A DNA stretch of 64,000 nucleotides from Dehalococcoidia bacterium (GTDB taxonomy: Bacteria; Chloroflexota; Dehalococcoidia; Lucifugimonadales; Lucifugimonadaceae), in the NCBI GenBank assembly GCA_965200065.1, contig CBDATF010000001.1, positions 986,012 through 1,050,011 of the forward strand, given 5' to 3'. The position numbers and the translations under genes are program-made. The notes under the pieces were generated by a model that did no database searches, was not told the DNA's origin, and worked only from the letters and a program-made list of their open reading frames with translations. Below, one piece after another: positions 17,859 through 28,302 of this stretch. How positions within the stretch are numbered: position 1 is the stretch's first letter; the number at the start of each line of letters is the position of its first letter.

Positions 17859-18557
17859 TTGCTTCGGCGCATCATCGGTGCAACTGCCATCCCCGACGAA
17901 TCTGTTAATCAAGATACCTTCGATGCTGAAGCGAGACGTCGGCGCGGGTTATTTGGACGGGTTAGCCACTCGGCTTTAACCTTCATGTCGGAGCATCCCA
18001 AGTGGGTGCAGATCGGCATCTGGTCGATCGTCTTCGGCAGCATGGCGATCGGTATCGTGCTGTCGGTTGGCGGTTTTCTCGACGTCAGCGATGTCGGCTA
18101 TGCGGCAACGTTCTACCTGAATTTAATCGGTGCGGCCACCATCATCCTGCCGCTTCCGGGCGTGTTGGCGGCCTGTGTCGCTGCCGAAACGTCCTTTGGG
18201 CTCAATCCAGTCCTGATCGGACTTTCAGGTGCTGCCGGAGCAACCCTTGGCGAAACGACGGCCTATCTGGCCGGTTACGCCGGACATAACGCTGCGACGA
18301 ATCTGCGCTGGTATCCAAGGATCCACCGACTGATGGAACGCAACGGCTCCATCACCATCTTTGTCGTATCCGCCATTCCCACGCCGTTCTTCGACCTTGC
18401 CGGCATCGCCGCGGGAGCATTGAAGTTCCCATTTTCCAAATTCATGATGTACGTATTTGCCGGCAAGACGCTTCGGCTGATAATCATGGCTTACACCTGC
18501 AGAATGGGAATCGACTGGTTAAGGTCGATCTACGAATTTAACCTGCCGATAGGATGA
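17859..18557 (+). CDS. YqaA/DedA-superfamily (VTT-domain) membrane protein
   Basis: Hydrophobic protein with IILPLPGVLAA...GATLGETTAYLAGY and VSAIPTPFFDLAGIAAGALKFPF, resembling YqaA-type proteins. The start is uncertain: TTG 17859 or ATG 17985. Confidence 0.6.
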   Translation: MLRRIIGATAIPDESVNQDTFDAEARRRRGLFGRVSHSALTFMSEHPKWVQIGIWSIVFGSMAIGIVLSVGGFLDVSDVGYAATFYLNLIGAATIILPLPGVLAACVAAETSFGLNPVLIGLSGAAGATLGETTAYLAGYAGHNAATNLRWYPRIHRLMERNGSITIFVVSAIPTPFFDLAGIAAGALKFPFSKFMMYVFAGKTLRLIIMAYTCRMGIDWLRSIYEFNLPIG

Positions 18558-18602
18558 TGTGACGTAATGTATTCGCCATCTCACCACCTCCATACTTGAC
18601 GC

Positions 18603-19823
18603 ATGATTGACGAATCTGTTTCCCACGTTACTGCAAACGACGACGAAGTCGGTACTCTGTCCGTAATCCTGCTGGCGGCTGGCCAATCGACACGCATGGG
18701 TGGGCAAGACAAAACTGTCCTCCAACTCGCCGGTCGCCCCATTATCGCCTACTCGCTGCAGGTCTTTGAGCAGTGCGACCTGGTAGCACAGATAGTCATC
18801 GTCACTCACTCCTCAAGAGTGGATGAGATGCGCGAGTTAGTTGCTGGCAGTGCGCTTACCAAGAGAGTCAGCGTTGTTGCTGGGGGCGACAGACGTCAGG
18901 ATTCGGTGAAACAGGGCATTGAGGAGCTGGAGAGATTAGGTGAGCAGACACCATTCATCGCGGTCCATGACGCGGCGAGACCGTTCCTTGACGCGGAGAT
19001 GCTACTCAAGGGCGTCGAAACGGCGAGGCATATCGGTGCCGCGATACCGGTAGTGCCGCTCAAAGATACCGTCAAACGAGTAGAACACAGCTTAGTCTCC
19101 GAGACTCCAAATCGGAGTGTGTTATTCGCCGTGCAGACGCCACAGGTCTTTCGCACCGAGATATTGCGCGCGGTGCATGAATCGGTAGAGGGCGAAGTTA
19201 CGGATGATGCTTCCATGGTGGAGATCGCCGGCGGACTAGTGGCGACCTTTGAGGGTTCTTACGACAACATCAAGTTAACCACGCCATCGGACATCGCAGT
19301 TGCAGAAGCGATTGCCCAAAGTCGTACCGATACGGGTGGTCATAAAACGGAATATCGATCCGGCATCGGTTTCGATGGGCATAGATTAGTGCCGGGCGGG
19401 CCGTTGCGATTGGGCAGTGTCGATATCGAGTTCGATATGGAGTTGGCGGGACACTCGGATGGCGATGTGCTGATGCACGTGATTGCGAGTGCGGTGCTGG
19501 GTGCCGCCGGACTAGGCGACATGGGTAGCAACTTCCCATCGTCCGATCCGGTATTTGCAGGTAAAGACAGCAGATTCTTTGTGCGTGAGGCCGTCGCACG
19601 CGCCGCATCGTCAGGTTGGCGCATCGATCATATTGACGCGACCGTTATCGCTCAACTTCCAAGATTGGCATCCCACGTTCCCCACTTCGAGCAGAACGTA
19701 GCCGATGCGCTGGGCGTCGACTCCGAGCGTGTCAACGTCAAGATAACTTCAACCGACCACGTCGGCGCCATTGGTCAGGGCGAGGGTATCGCGGCGCAGG
19801 CGATAGCGACTCTGGTTCGATAG
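18603..19823 (+). CDS. ispDF: Bifunctional MEP cytidylyltransferase / MEcPP synthase
   Basis: 406 aa. IspD N-terminal half (VILLAAGQSTRMGGQDKT). IspF C-terminal half (GIGFDGHRL...GHSDGDVLMHV...). Confidence 0.9.
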   Translation: MIDESVSHVTANDDEVGTLSVILLAAGQSTRMGGQDKTVLQLAGRPIIAYSLQVFEQCDLVAQIVIVTHSSRVDEMRELVAGSALTKRVSVVAGGDRRQDSVKQGIEELERLGEQTPFIAVHDAARPFLDAEMLLKGVETARHIGAAIPVVPLKDTVKRVEHSLVSETPNRSVLFAVQTPQVFRTEILRAVHESVEGEVTDDASMVEIAGGLVATFEGSYDNIKLTTPSDIAVAEAIAQSRTDTGGHKTEYRSGIGFDGHRLVPGGPLRLGSVDIEFDMELAGHSDGDVLMHVIASAVLGAAGLGDMGSNFPSSDPVFAGKDSRFFVREAVARAASSGWRIDHIDATVIAQLPRLASHVPHFEQNVADALGVDSERVNVKITSTDHVGAIGQGEGIAAQAIATLVR

Positions 19824-19880
19824 CATTTACTTGACTTATAGAATCTGCTTAACCGTACTACCGATACCCACTTCAAAGCT

Positions 19881-21248
19881 ATGCAACTCTACAACACACT
19901 AACGCGTCGCAAGGAAGAGTTCCGCCAGATTTCAGATCCAGTCCGCATGTACGTCTGCGGCGTAACCACTTACGACGAGCCGCACCTGGGACATGCATTG
20001 GCAACCGTCATCTTCGAAGTCCTCCAATCGTACCTGGAGTACCGGGGACTGAATGTCACGAGAGTGCAGAACTTCACTGATGTTGACGACAAGATAATCG
20101 ACCGCGCCGCTGAAATCGGCGTCGATTGGTACGACTTGACGCTGGAGCACGTCGATTCATTCTTTGAAGCGATGGACGGTTTGAATGTGCGTAGGGCAGA
20201 TGTACACCCGCGCGTGTCGGAAGAGATAGACGAGATAATCGGACTGATTGGCGAACTGATCGACTCCGGCGCCGCGTATGAAGCGGGCGGATCGGTCTAT
20301 TACCGAGTGAGACGCAACGAAAACTACGGCTGTTTGAGCGGTCGCACTATCGATGGCGTTGCCGAGCTGGCACGTCTGGAGCCGGACCTGCTCAAGGAGA
20401 ATCCCGAAGATTTCGCACTCTGGAAGGCATGGAAGCCCGGAGAACCGTCGTGGGATAGCCCGTGGGGACCCGGCCGGCCCGGTTGGCATATCGAGTGCAG
20501 CGCAATGGCACGGCACTACCTTGGGGATCAGGTCGATATCCACGGCGGAGGATTAGACCTCGTCTTTCCGCACCATGAGAATGAAGTTGCACAGTCAGAA
20601 TCGGCGACTGGCGTAGTGCCGTTTGCACGTTTCTGGGTGCACAACGGACTGCTACGCATGAGTGGCGACCAGAAGATGTCAAAATCTCTCGGCAACTTCG
20701 TAACCGTCCGAGATGCGTTGCGGCAATACTCAGCAGATGCCCTGCGGATGTGGATATTCCAGAGCCACTATCGCAGCCCAGCGACCTATGATGAGGAAAA
20801 CCTGATTGCTGCCGGACGCGCCGTGCGAAGACTCAGGCAGGCCGCCAACCTGAACAGTACTGCAGAAGATGGTGCCGATGAGTATGACGGGCAGGACGTC
20901 AAAGCGCGCTTCATCGAAGCGATGGACGATGATTTGAACACGCCGCGAGCGTTGGCAGCAATCTTTGATCTGACGCGCGAGATATATTCGGCCCAGTCGC
21001 AAGGTGCCAACACTGCAAAGGCTCAAGAACTGTTGCAGGAACTTACCGGCATCTTGGGAATCACCCTAGATGAGCCCCAAGCCGAAACGTCAACGAATGA
21101 TGCCGAGATAGAGACATTGGTTGATCAACGACGCCAAGCGAGGGAAGCGCGAGATTACCAAGCCGCAGACGCGATTCGCGACCAGCTGGCAACGATGGGC
21201 GTCGAGATAATGGACACGCCGCAGGGAACTACTTGGCGACGAATCTAA
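19881..21248 (+). CDS. cysS: Cysteine--tRNA ligase
   Basis: 455 aa with the HIGH-type motif PHLGHA, the Zn-binding context GWHIECS, and KMSKS. Confidence 0.95.
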   Translation: MQLYNTLTRRKEEFRQISDPVRMYVCGVTTYDEPHLGHALATVIFEVLQSYLEYRGLNVTRVQNFTDVDDKIIDRAAEIGVDWYDLTLEHVDSFFEAMDGLNVRRADVHPRVSEEIDEIIGLIGELIDSGAAYEAGGSVYYRVRRNENYGCLSGRTIDGVAELARLEPDLLKENPEDFALWKAWKPGEPSWDSPWGPGRPGWHIECSAMARHYLGDQVDIHGGGLDLVFPHHENEVAQSESATGVVPFARFWVHNGLLRMSGDQKMSKSLGNFVTVRDALRQYSADALRMWIFQSHYRSPATYDEENLIAAGRAVRRLRQAANLNSTAEDGADEYDGQDVKARFIEAMDDDLNTPRALAAIFDLTREIYSAQSQGANTAKAQELLQELTGILGITLDEPQAETSTNDAEIETLVDQRRQAREARDYQAADAIRDQLATMGVEIMDTPQGTTWRRI

Positions 21249-21270
21249 CGTTGATGTGGCAGTATCGCTT

Positions 21271-21480
21271 CTAACTGAAGCGAACGTTCGCGATGGCGAC
21301 CGCGACGAAGATGATGGTCAGCACTATCGTCGAGCGGAACAGCAGTTTTTCGACACCTCGACGCACTCGGAAGGTACTCTCGGCCTGTCCGAACACCGAT
21401 GGATTGTTGCCGCGCGCCTGAAGCAGGAGAATCACAATCAGCACGACGGCAATGATTAGAAGTGAAATCTGAAACCACAT
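21271..21480 (-). CDS. secG: Preprotein translocase subunit SecG (probable)
   Basis: 69 aa with two hydrophobic helices separated by a short hydrophilic loop; the LLLQARG... pattern resembles the SecG LLQ-GKG signature. Confidence 0.6.
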   Translation of the reverse strand: MWFQISLLIIAVVLIVILLLQARGNNPSVFGQAESTFRVRRGVEKLLFRSTIVLTIIFVAVAIANVRFS

Positions 21481-21534
21481 ATTCTCAAGGTTAAATCAGT
21501 TGTGCGTATCATACACACAACAAAACGCGATGTC

Positions 21535-23025
21535 TTACTCGTCCAGCACCTCACTGAGTAGACGCATCACCGCCTGCGCGTCGGCGCGGCCACGAGTGGC
21601 GCGCATCACCTGACCCATCAGGTAGCGGATGGCGGTGGTTTTGCCGGCACGATAATCGCTGACTGCCGATTCGTTCTGTGCAAGCACTTCATCGATGATC
21701 GGTTTGAGTTCATCCGCGTCGCCAACTGATGCCAAACCAAGTCGCTCGATAACCTCATCGGGATCGGCGCCGTTGCTGAACATCTCACCCAGCACCCGCT
21801 TGGCAGAGTTGTTGTTGATTTCCCGTTTCTGGAAGCGGTGCACCAGCTTCGCCAGAGATGCCGGCTCTACTTTGGTCTCGTTAACGTCTCGAACATTGTT
21901 CTCATGCATCAGCCGCGCCATCTCGCCATTCAGCCAGTTGGCAGTCTCCTTGGCGAAACTGGCTCTATCCACTCCTGATTCGCCAGCCATGCTATCGATG
22001 ACGACTTCAAAGTATTCAGCAGATGCACGTGAATCTACTATCAGGGAAGCATCGTAATCAGAGAGTCCCAGATCGTCGATGAAGCGTTGCTTCTTTGCCA
22101 ACGGCAGTTCCGGCATTGTGGCTTGAATTTCGGCCACCCAATTACTGCTGATCTGGAGCGGCGGAATGTCGGGCTCAGGGAAGTACCGGTAGTCGTGCGC
22201 ATCCTCTTTAGAGCGCTGGGTGTAAGTGCGCTTTTCGCCATCCAACCAGCCGCGCGTCTCTTGCACGATGCGTTCGCCATTCAGAACGGCGGCTATCTGC
22301 CGTTCGATTTCGTGCTCAACCGCTTCGCGCACGGCGCGCACGCGGTTCATGTTTTTGACTTCGACCTTTTCTCCGAATTCGCTGGACCCGACGGGGCGAA
22401 CGCTGATGTTGGCATCGCAACGGAAGGAGCCTTCCTCCATGTTTGCAGTGCTGACGCCCAGATATCGGATGATCGCCTGCAGCGCGGTGATGTAGGTTTC
22501 AACCTGCTCCGGAGTCCGAAGATCGGGCTCGGTGACTATCTCCATGAGCGGCACGCCGGCGCGGTTGATGTCCAGCAGGGAATGCATCACCCCACCAGTT
22601 GGAGAATCGATGTGTATCAGACGTGCAACGTCCTCTTCCATATGTACCCGGTTGATGCCGACGCGGCAGTTCAGTTCTGAGGGAAGGTCAAGATAGCCAT
22701 CGGTGCAGATCGGCTCGTCGTATTGCGAGATTTGATACCCCTTCATCAGGTCGGGATAGGTGTACTGTTTGCGGTCAAACTTGGTAATCTCAGCGACCTG
22801 GCAATTGAGTGCAAGTCCGATGGCGATGGCCGATTCAACCGCGCGCTTGTTGACAACCGGCAAGGTTCCGGGAAGTGCCATGCTGACGGGATCTACCAGC
22901 GTGTTTGGCGATGCGTATTGATAACCAGCCCCGGACCACGAGAACATTTTGCTCTTCGTGTTCAGCTGAACGTGCGTTTCGAGTCCGATCACAGCCTCAA
23001 ATTGAGTCGTTGTCATGGTATTCAT
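21535..23025 (-). CDS. gatB: Asp/Glu-tRNA amidotransferase subunit B
   Basis: 496 aa with FEAVIGLETHVQL, a YFPEPDIPPL motif and a C-terminal GatB/YqeY domain. Confidence 0.95.
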   Translation of the reverse strand: MNTMTTTQFEAVIGLETHVQLNTKSKMFSWSGAGYQYASPNTLVDPVSMALPGTLPVVNKRAVESAIAIGLALNCQVAEITKFDRKQYTYPDLMKGYQISQYDEPICTDGYLDLPSELNCRVGINRVHMEEDVARLIHIDSPTGGVMHSLLDINRAGVPLMEIVTEPDLRTPEQVETYITALQAIIRYLGVSTANMEEGSFRCDANISVRPVGSSEFGEKVEVKNMNRVRAVREAVEHEIERQIAAVLNGERIVQETRGWLDGEKRTYTQRSKEDAHDYRYFPEPDIPPLQISSNWVAEIQATMPELPLAKKQRFIDDLGLSDYDASLIVDSRASAEYFEVVIDSMAGESGVDRASFAKETANWLNGEMARLMHENNVRDVNETKVEPASLAKLVHRFQKREINNNSAKRVLGEMFSNGADPDEVIERLGLASVGDADELKPIIDEVLAQNESAVSDYRAGKTTAIRYLMGQVMRATRGRADAQAVMRLLSEVLDE

Positions 23026-23105
23026 TTTGTCTTGCGTAACGTCGATTTCTTCTATTGTCTACGCGCATCGGGAAAAATTGATGTGGCAAGTCGACGCGAT
23101 ATGGC

Positions 23106-23795
23106 TCACCATGCCTCGGGCCCGATGAGAGGGACAAATGCACATGCAACACCTCGTCGGATCTTGATGCCGTCTATAGTGCGGGTGACGGTTGCGAGGC
23201 GCTGACGTCTGCGGTCGCCAACCGGCAATACCATGCGCGCGCCCGGTTTAAGTTGGGCAACCAGCGATGATGGTATTTTCGGCACTCCTGCGCCAACGAT
23301 TATGCCATCGTACGGCGCTGCAGGTGGATATCCCAACACGTCCTCAAGCGCCATCACCACTTCTACATTGCGGAATTGAAGAGTGTCGAGCAGTTCTCTT
23401 GCCGAATCGGTCAGGCTGGCGACACGTTCCACACTGATGATTTGGTCTGCCAACTTCGAGAGGCACGCGGCTTGATATCCCGATCCGCAACCGACATCTA
23501 GGATCTTTGCTGATCGGTCTGATATGTCCAACTCAGAAATCATGTGTGCAACTAAACTTGGTTGAGAGATAGTCTGCCCCTCGCCAATCGGCAGTGCACG
23601 GTCTTCATATGCCCGCTGTCGATGCTCTGCCGGCACAAACGCATCGCGTGGCACGCTCAACAGGGCTTTCGCGACCCGCTTATCGATATCGCTTCGAGAT
23701 TTGATGGCGCGTTCGAGGCGAACCGCCTTCCGATCCGGTGCCGCTGCGTGGTTTCTACGCGGGAACATGCTGGCGATTTTTCGTTTGAGATGCAT
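23106..23795 (-). CDS. pcm: Protein-L-isoaspartate O-methyltransferase
   Basis: VPRDAFVP...ALPIGEGQTISQPSLVA...ILDVGCGSGYQAA (SAM motif I). Confidence 0.9.
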   Translation of the reverse strand: MHLKRKIASMFPRRNHAAAPDRKAVRLERAIKSRSDIDKRVAKALLSVPRDAFVPAEHRQRAYEDRALPIGEGQTISQPSLVAHMISELDISDRSAKILDVGCGSGYQAACLSKLADQIISVERVASLTDSARELLDTLQFRNVEVVMALEDVLGYPPAAPYDGIIVGAGVPKIPSSLVAQLKPGARMVLPVGDRRRQRLATVTRTIDGIKIRRGVACAFVPLIGPEAW

Positions 23796-24013
23796 AGCTT
23801 GAACGCTCTAAATCGTACGTCATACCAGAGCGGATGGATATCTGCCGCTTTGAATCGGAAGTTTTGGATTAATTAGTAAAATCAGGTAAGGAATTCCAAA
23901 AAACGTTGTGTTGCAGTGCTGGCGTGAAATGGGCGGATCGAGCCAGAACTCGATAGATAGGCAACAGCGTATATGCGAGTCCGAAAAATCGGATGTAGAA
24001 ATCGGGAGGCCAG

Positions 24014-25483
24014 ATGACTACTCAAGAACGCCTCACAATATCCCGTGAATCGAAGCTTGATGACGCGGGTTACAAATGGGGATTTACGACCGACGTCGAG
24101 ATGGAACTCGCCCCGAAAGGGCTGAATCCAGAAATCGTCCGTCTTATCTCTGAAAAGAAGAACGAACCGGAGTGGCTGTTCGATTGGCGCATGCGAGCGT
24201 ATGAGCATTGGAGCAAGTTGCAACGTGAAGATGCCGAACCGCGCTGGGCGAAACTGCGATATCCCCAGATCGATTATCAAGACATCTACTACTACGCGGC
24301 GCCAAAGTCTCTCGATGAGGCACCCAAGAGTCTGGACGAAGTCGATCCTGAGATGCTCAAAACCTTCGAGAAACTCGGCATCCCGCTTCACGAACGGGAA
24401 CGATTGGCCGGTGTTGCCGTCGACGTAGTATTCGACTCGGTATCGGTGGGCACGACCTTTACAGATCAGCTTGAAGAGCGCGGTATCATCTTCTGCTCAT
24501 TTACCGAAGCCGTTCAGAACCATCCAGAGTTGGTGCAGAAGTATCTTGGCTCTGTCGTGCCATACTCGGACAACTTCTTTGCCGCATTGAATTCGGTGGT
24601 ATTCTCGGACGGTTCATTCGCGTACATTCCCCCGGGCGTAAGATGCCCAATCGAGTTGATGACCTACTTCCGCATCAATACGGAGGGTTCGGGACAGTTT
24701 GAGCGCACGCTTATCGTCGCCGATGAGGGCGCATACGTAAGCTATCTCGAAGGTTGTACCGCGCCGATACGCCGCACCAGTCAGCTTCACGCAGCAGTCG
24801 TAGAACTGGTAGCCCTCGACCGCGGCGAGATCAAGTACTCGACCATTCAGAACTGGTATCCAGGAACCAAAGACGGGGAAGGCGGCGTCTACAACTTCGT
24901 CACCAAGCGGGGCATGACTGGCCAAGACGCCAAGATTTCGTGGACGCAGGTAGAGACCGGTTCTGCCATCACTTGGAAATATCCGTCAGTGATACTGCGT
25001 GGCGACAATTCAGTTGGCGAGTTCTATTCAGTAGCCCTCGCAAACAACTATCAGCAAGCCGACACCGGCACCAAGATGATACACATCGGCAAGAACACCA
25101 AGTCGACGATCGTATCGAAAGGCATCTCGGCGGGGCATGGTGAAAACACCTACCGCGGAGGCGTCAAGATCATGCCGGGCGCGGAGAATGCCACCAATCA
25201 CACCCAGTGCGACTCGTTGCTGGTAGGCGATCAGTGCGGCGCGCACACCGTTCCCTACATCGAAGTTCGCAACCCTACCGCTCGGTTGGAGCACGAGGCC
25301 AGCACTTCCAAGGTGAGCGATGAGCAACTCTTCTATCTGATGGCACGCGGCATCTCTGAAGAGGATGCGCACCACATAATCATCACCGGATGGAGCCGCG
25401 ACGTAATCAAAGAGTTGCCATTTGAATTTGCACTTGAAGCCGGACAGCTGCTGAAAGTGAGCCTTGAAGGCGCAGTCGGGTAG
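24014..25483 (+). CDS. sufB: Fe-S cluster assembly protein SufB
   Basis: 489 aa with conserved SufB blocks ([35 protein letters not shown]). RBS GGGAGG upstream. Confidence 0.95.
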   Translation: MTTQERLTISRESKLDDAGYKWGFTTDVEMELAPKGLNPEIVRLISEKKNEPEWLFDWRMRAYEHWSKLQREDAEPRWAKLRYPQIDYQDIYYYAAPKSLDEAPKSLDEVDPEMLKTFEKLGIPLHERERLAGVAVDVVFDSVSVGTTFTDQLEERGIIFCSFTEAVQNHPELVQKYLGSVVPYSDNFFAALNSVVFSDGSFAYIPPGVRCPIELMTYFRINTEGSGQFERTLIVADEGAYVSYLEGCTAPIRRTSQLHAAVVELVALDRGEIKYSTIQNWYPGTKDGEGGVYNFVTKRGMTGQDAKISWTQVETGSAITWKYPSVILRGDNSVGEFYSVALANNYQQADTGTKMIHIGKNTKSTIVSKGISAGHGENTYRGGVKIMPGAENATNHTQCDSLLVGDQCGAHTVPYIEVRNPTARLEHEASTSKVSDEQLFYLMARGISEEDAHHIIITGWSRDVIKELPFEFALEAGQLLKVSLEGAVG

Positions 25484-25642
25484 TGAAGCACTGCCAGAGC
25501 ATAGAGACCCGACGCGCACTTGATTCGGCGGTCAACTCCAAGGCCGGATTGGACAATGACATCGCGTTCTACCTGCGCGGTCTGGTTTTGACGACCCTTT
25601 ACCGAACGCGAAAGTGATTATCCCTGATTTACGGGAGCAAAC

Positions 25643-26392
<750 letters not shown>

Positions 26393-26417
26393 TGATTGAG
26401 GGGACGCGCTCAGCAGA

Positions 26418-27767
26418 ATGACTTTGCAATCAATAAGCATGCCTGAGAACGAGGCACGGCATCTCAATCAATATCGTTCTGACTGGGAAAGCTTGGCAAA
26501 GCACCAAGAGGGCTACCACAGCGGGGGAGATCTGCATCACGATCTGCGCTGTGCCGCATGGCAGGAGTTTGAGCGCATCGGATTCCCAGTCCATCGACGT
26601 GGCAATGAACTGTGGAAGTACACCGACCTCAGAGCCGTTGACCGCATCCCGTTCAGATTCGGAAATTGGGACGATGATGTAGATATCGACCGTATCGCTG
26701 AACTAGTGCCGATGCCGGAAGAGTGGACCAACGTTATCTACGTGAACGGCGGATCTATCCATAATGAGGGATATGAGAACTGGCCCGGCCGCATTCAAAG
26801 TTGCGACTGGGTAGGGGAACTGGCGGACTATAGAGAGAACGGATTGGTATCGCTGGCAACGGCGTTCATGCGAATCCGCGGTGGTGCATGGTTGCAGGTC
26901 CCTGAGGGTGAGCAGGTTGAAAAGCCACTACATCTCATCAACGTCTCTTTTGGGTCGCCTGATGAGCATGTGATAGATAACAATCGCCTGGCACTCGAGA
27001 TGGGCGCTGGCAGCCGGATGACACTGATCGAGTCGTACGTGTCGCCAACCGACCATGTTCACATGACATTGCCGATAGTTGAGATCCGCATGGGTGCCGG
27101 GTCCGAACTTACGCATTACCGATACCAGTACAACTGCGAGAGCGAATTCCACTTTGCGACTACGCGCGTTGAGCAGGCGGCCGATTCAAAATACCACTCT
27201 CGCACCTTCACGATCGGTTCGGAGATCGGCAGAAACGACGTTGCGACTACCATGCTGGGACCGAATGCCGAGTCGGTACTGCACGGCGTTTACGTAACGA
27301 CGAATCGGCAACAGCAAGATAATGAGATCAGCACTACTCACGTCGCGCCAAACTGCGTTACCGATCAGTACTACAAAGGCATCCTGTCTGGTCGTTCGCG
27401 TGCCGTGTTCAGCGGCAAGATCAAGATTGAACGCGGGGCGCAGAAAACCGATGCTAACCAGAAGGATTTGAACCTGTTGCTTTCGCACGGTGCCGAGGTG
27501 GATACCAAACCATCGCTCGAGATCTACGCTGACGACGTGACGGCGGCGCACGGTGCGACTGCAGGTCATGTTGACGAGGACACACTCTTCTATTTGCAGT
27601 CGCGAGGCGTCGACTACGATGCCGCGCAGGCGATGTTGATCAGAGGTTTCGCAGCCGAAATCCTTGCGGAGTTTGAGCTTGAAGAACTGCGCGACTTTGT
27701 CGAAGCGAAATTGGACGAGATAATGCCTCAACTGCAACGGGAGTCCGACACCATCGGCACCGCTTAA
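26418..27767 (+). CDS. sufD: Fe-S cluster assembly protein SufD
   Basis: 449 aa. The C-terminal beta-helix region is similar to SufB/SufD (GAQKTDANQKDLNLLLS...FYLQSRGV). It follows sufC. Confidence 0.9.
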   Translation: MTLQSISMPENEARHLNQYRSDWESLAKHQEGYHSGGDLHHDLRCAAWQEFERIGFPVHRRGNELWKYTDLRAVDRIPFRFGNWDDDVDIDRIAELVPMPEEWTNVIYVNGGSIHNEGYENWPGRIQSCDWVGELADYRENGLVSLATAFMRIRGGAWLQVPEGEQVEKPLHLINVSFGSPDEHVIDNNRLALEMGAGSRMTLIESYVSPTDHVHMTLPIVEIRMGAGSELTHYRYQYNCESEFHFATTRVEQAADSKYHSRTFTIGSEIGRNDVATTMLGPNAESVLHGVYVTTNRQQQDNEISTTHVAPNCVTDQYYKGILSGRSRAVFSGKIKIERGAQKTDANQKDLNLLLSHGAEVDTKPSLEIYADDVTAAHGATAGHVDEDTLFYLQSRGVDYDAAQAMLIRGFAAEILAEFELEELRDFVEAKLDEIMPQLQRESDTIGTA

Positions 27768-27845
27768 GTCTTGCACGGTTAACCAGTAAAATATCCGCAC
27801 GGGATGTGAAAGTGCGACTTATCCATCCCGTAGGAACGCTCCACC

Positions 27846-28298
27846 ATGCGCGCTGGTTTTGGACATCTAGACGAAGTGAATCGGCTCATCGTCGAGGATC
27901 ACTGTCGCAGTCCGCGCAACTCCGAACCGATCACCAACCATAACGCCGAGGCGCGCATCGACAACCCCTTTTGCGGCGATGAGGTTCTAGTGCAGCTACG
28001 TATCGATGGCGGTAGCATAGCCGACATCAGCGTTCAGGCATATGGTTGCGCCATCACCCAGGCGGCAGCATCGATCATGGGAGAGAGGGTAGAGCAGTGC
28101 GACATCGACGATGTGCATCAAATTGCAACCGTGATCAGGAAGATGCTCTCGGCAGGTGAATTGAGCAGTGAAGAGGAGTTGGATGCCGTTGGCGATTCGA
28201 TTGCATTAAAAGACGTCGCCCGCTTCCCGGTGCGGGTCAAGTGTGCATTACTGGCGTGGGCGACACTTGAAGATGCGATCGATACTTTTGAGGGTTAA
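27846..28298 (+). CDS. sufU: SufU/IscU-like sulfur-transfer (scaffold-like) protein
   Basis: 150 aa with the three conserved Cys contexts NPFCGDEV, AYGCAITQAAAS and RVKCALLAW. Confidence 0.8.
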   Translation: MRAGFGHLDEVNRLIVEDHCRSPRNSEPITNHNAEARIDNPFCGDEVLVQLRIDGGSIADISVQAYGCAITQAAASIMGERVEQCDIDDVHQIATVIRKMLSAGELSSEEELDAVGDSIALKDVARFPVRVKCALLAWATLEDAIDTFEG

Positions 28299-28302
28299 AG
28301 TG

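Noticed and set aside
23882-24391. 169-aa minus-strand ORF overlapping the 5' part of sufB.
   Set aside because: Shadow ORF antisense to an unmistakable sufB; the composition is implausible (R/F/L-rich).
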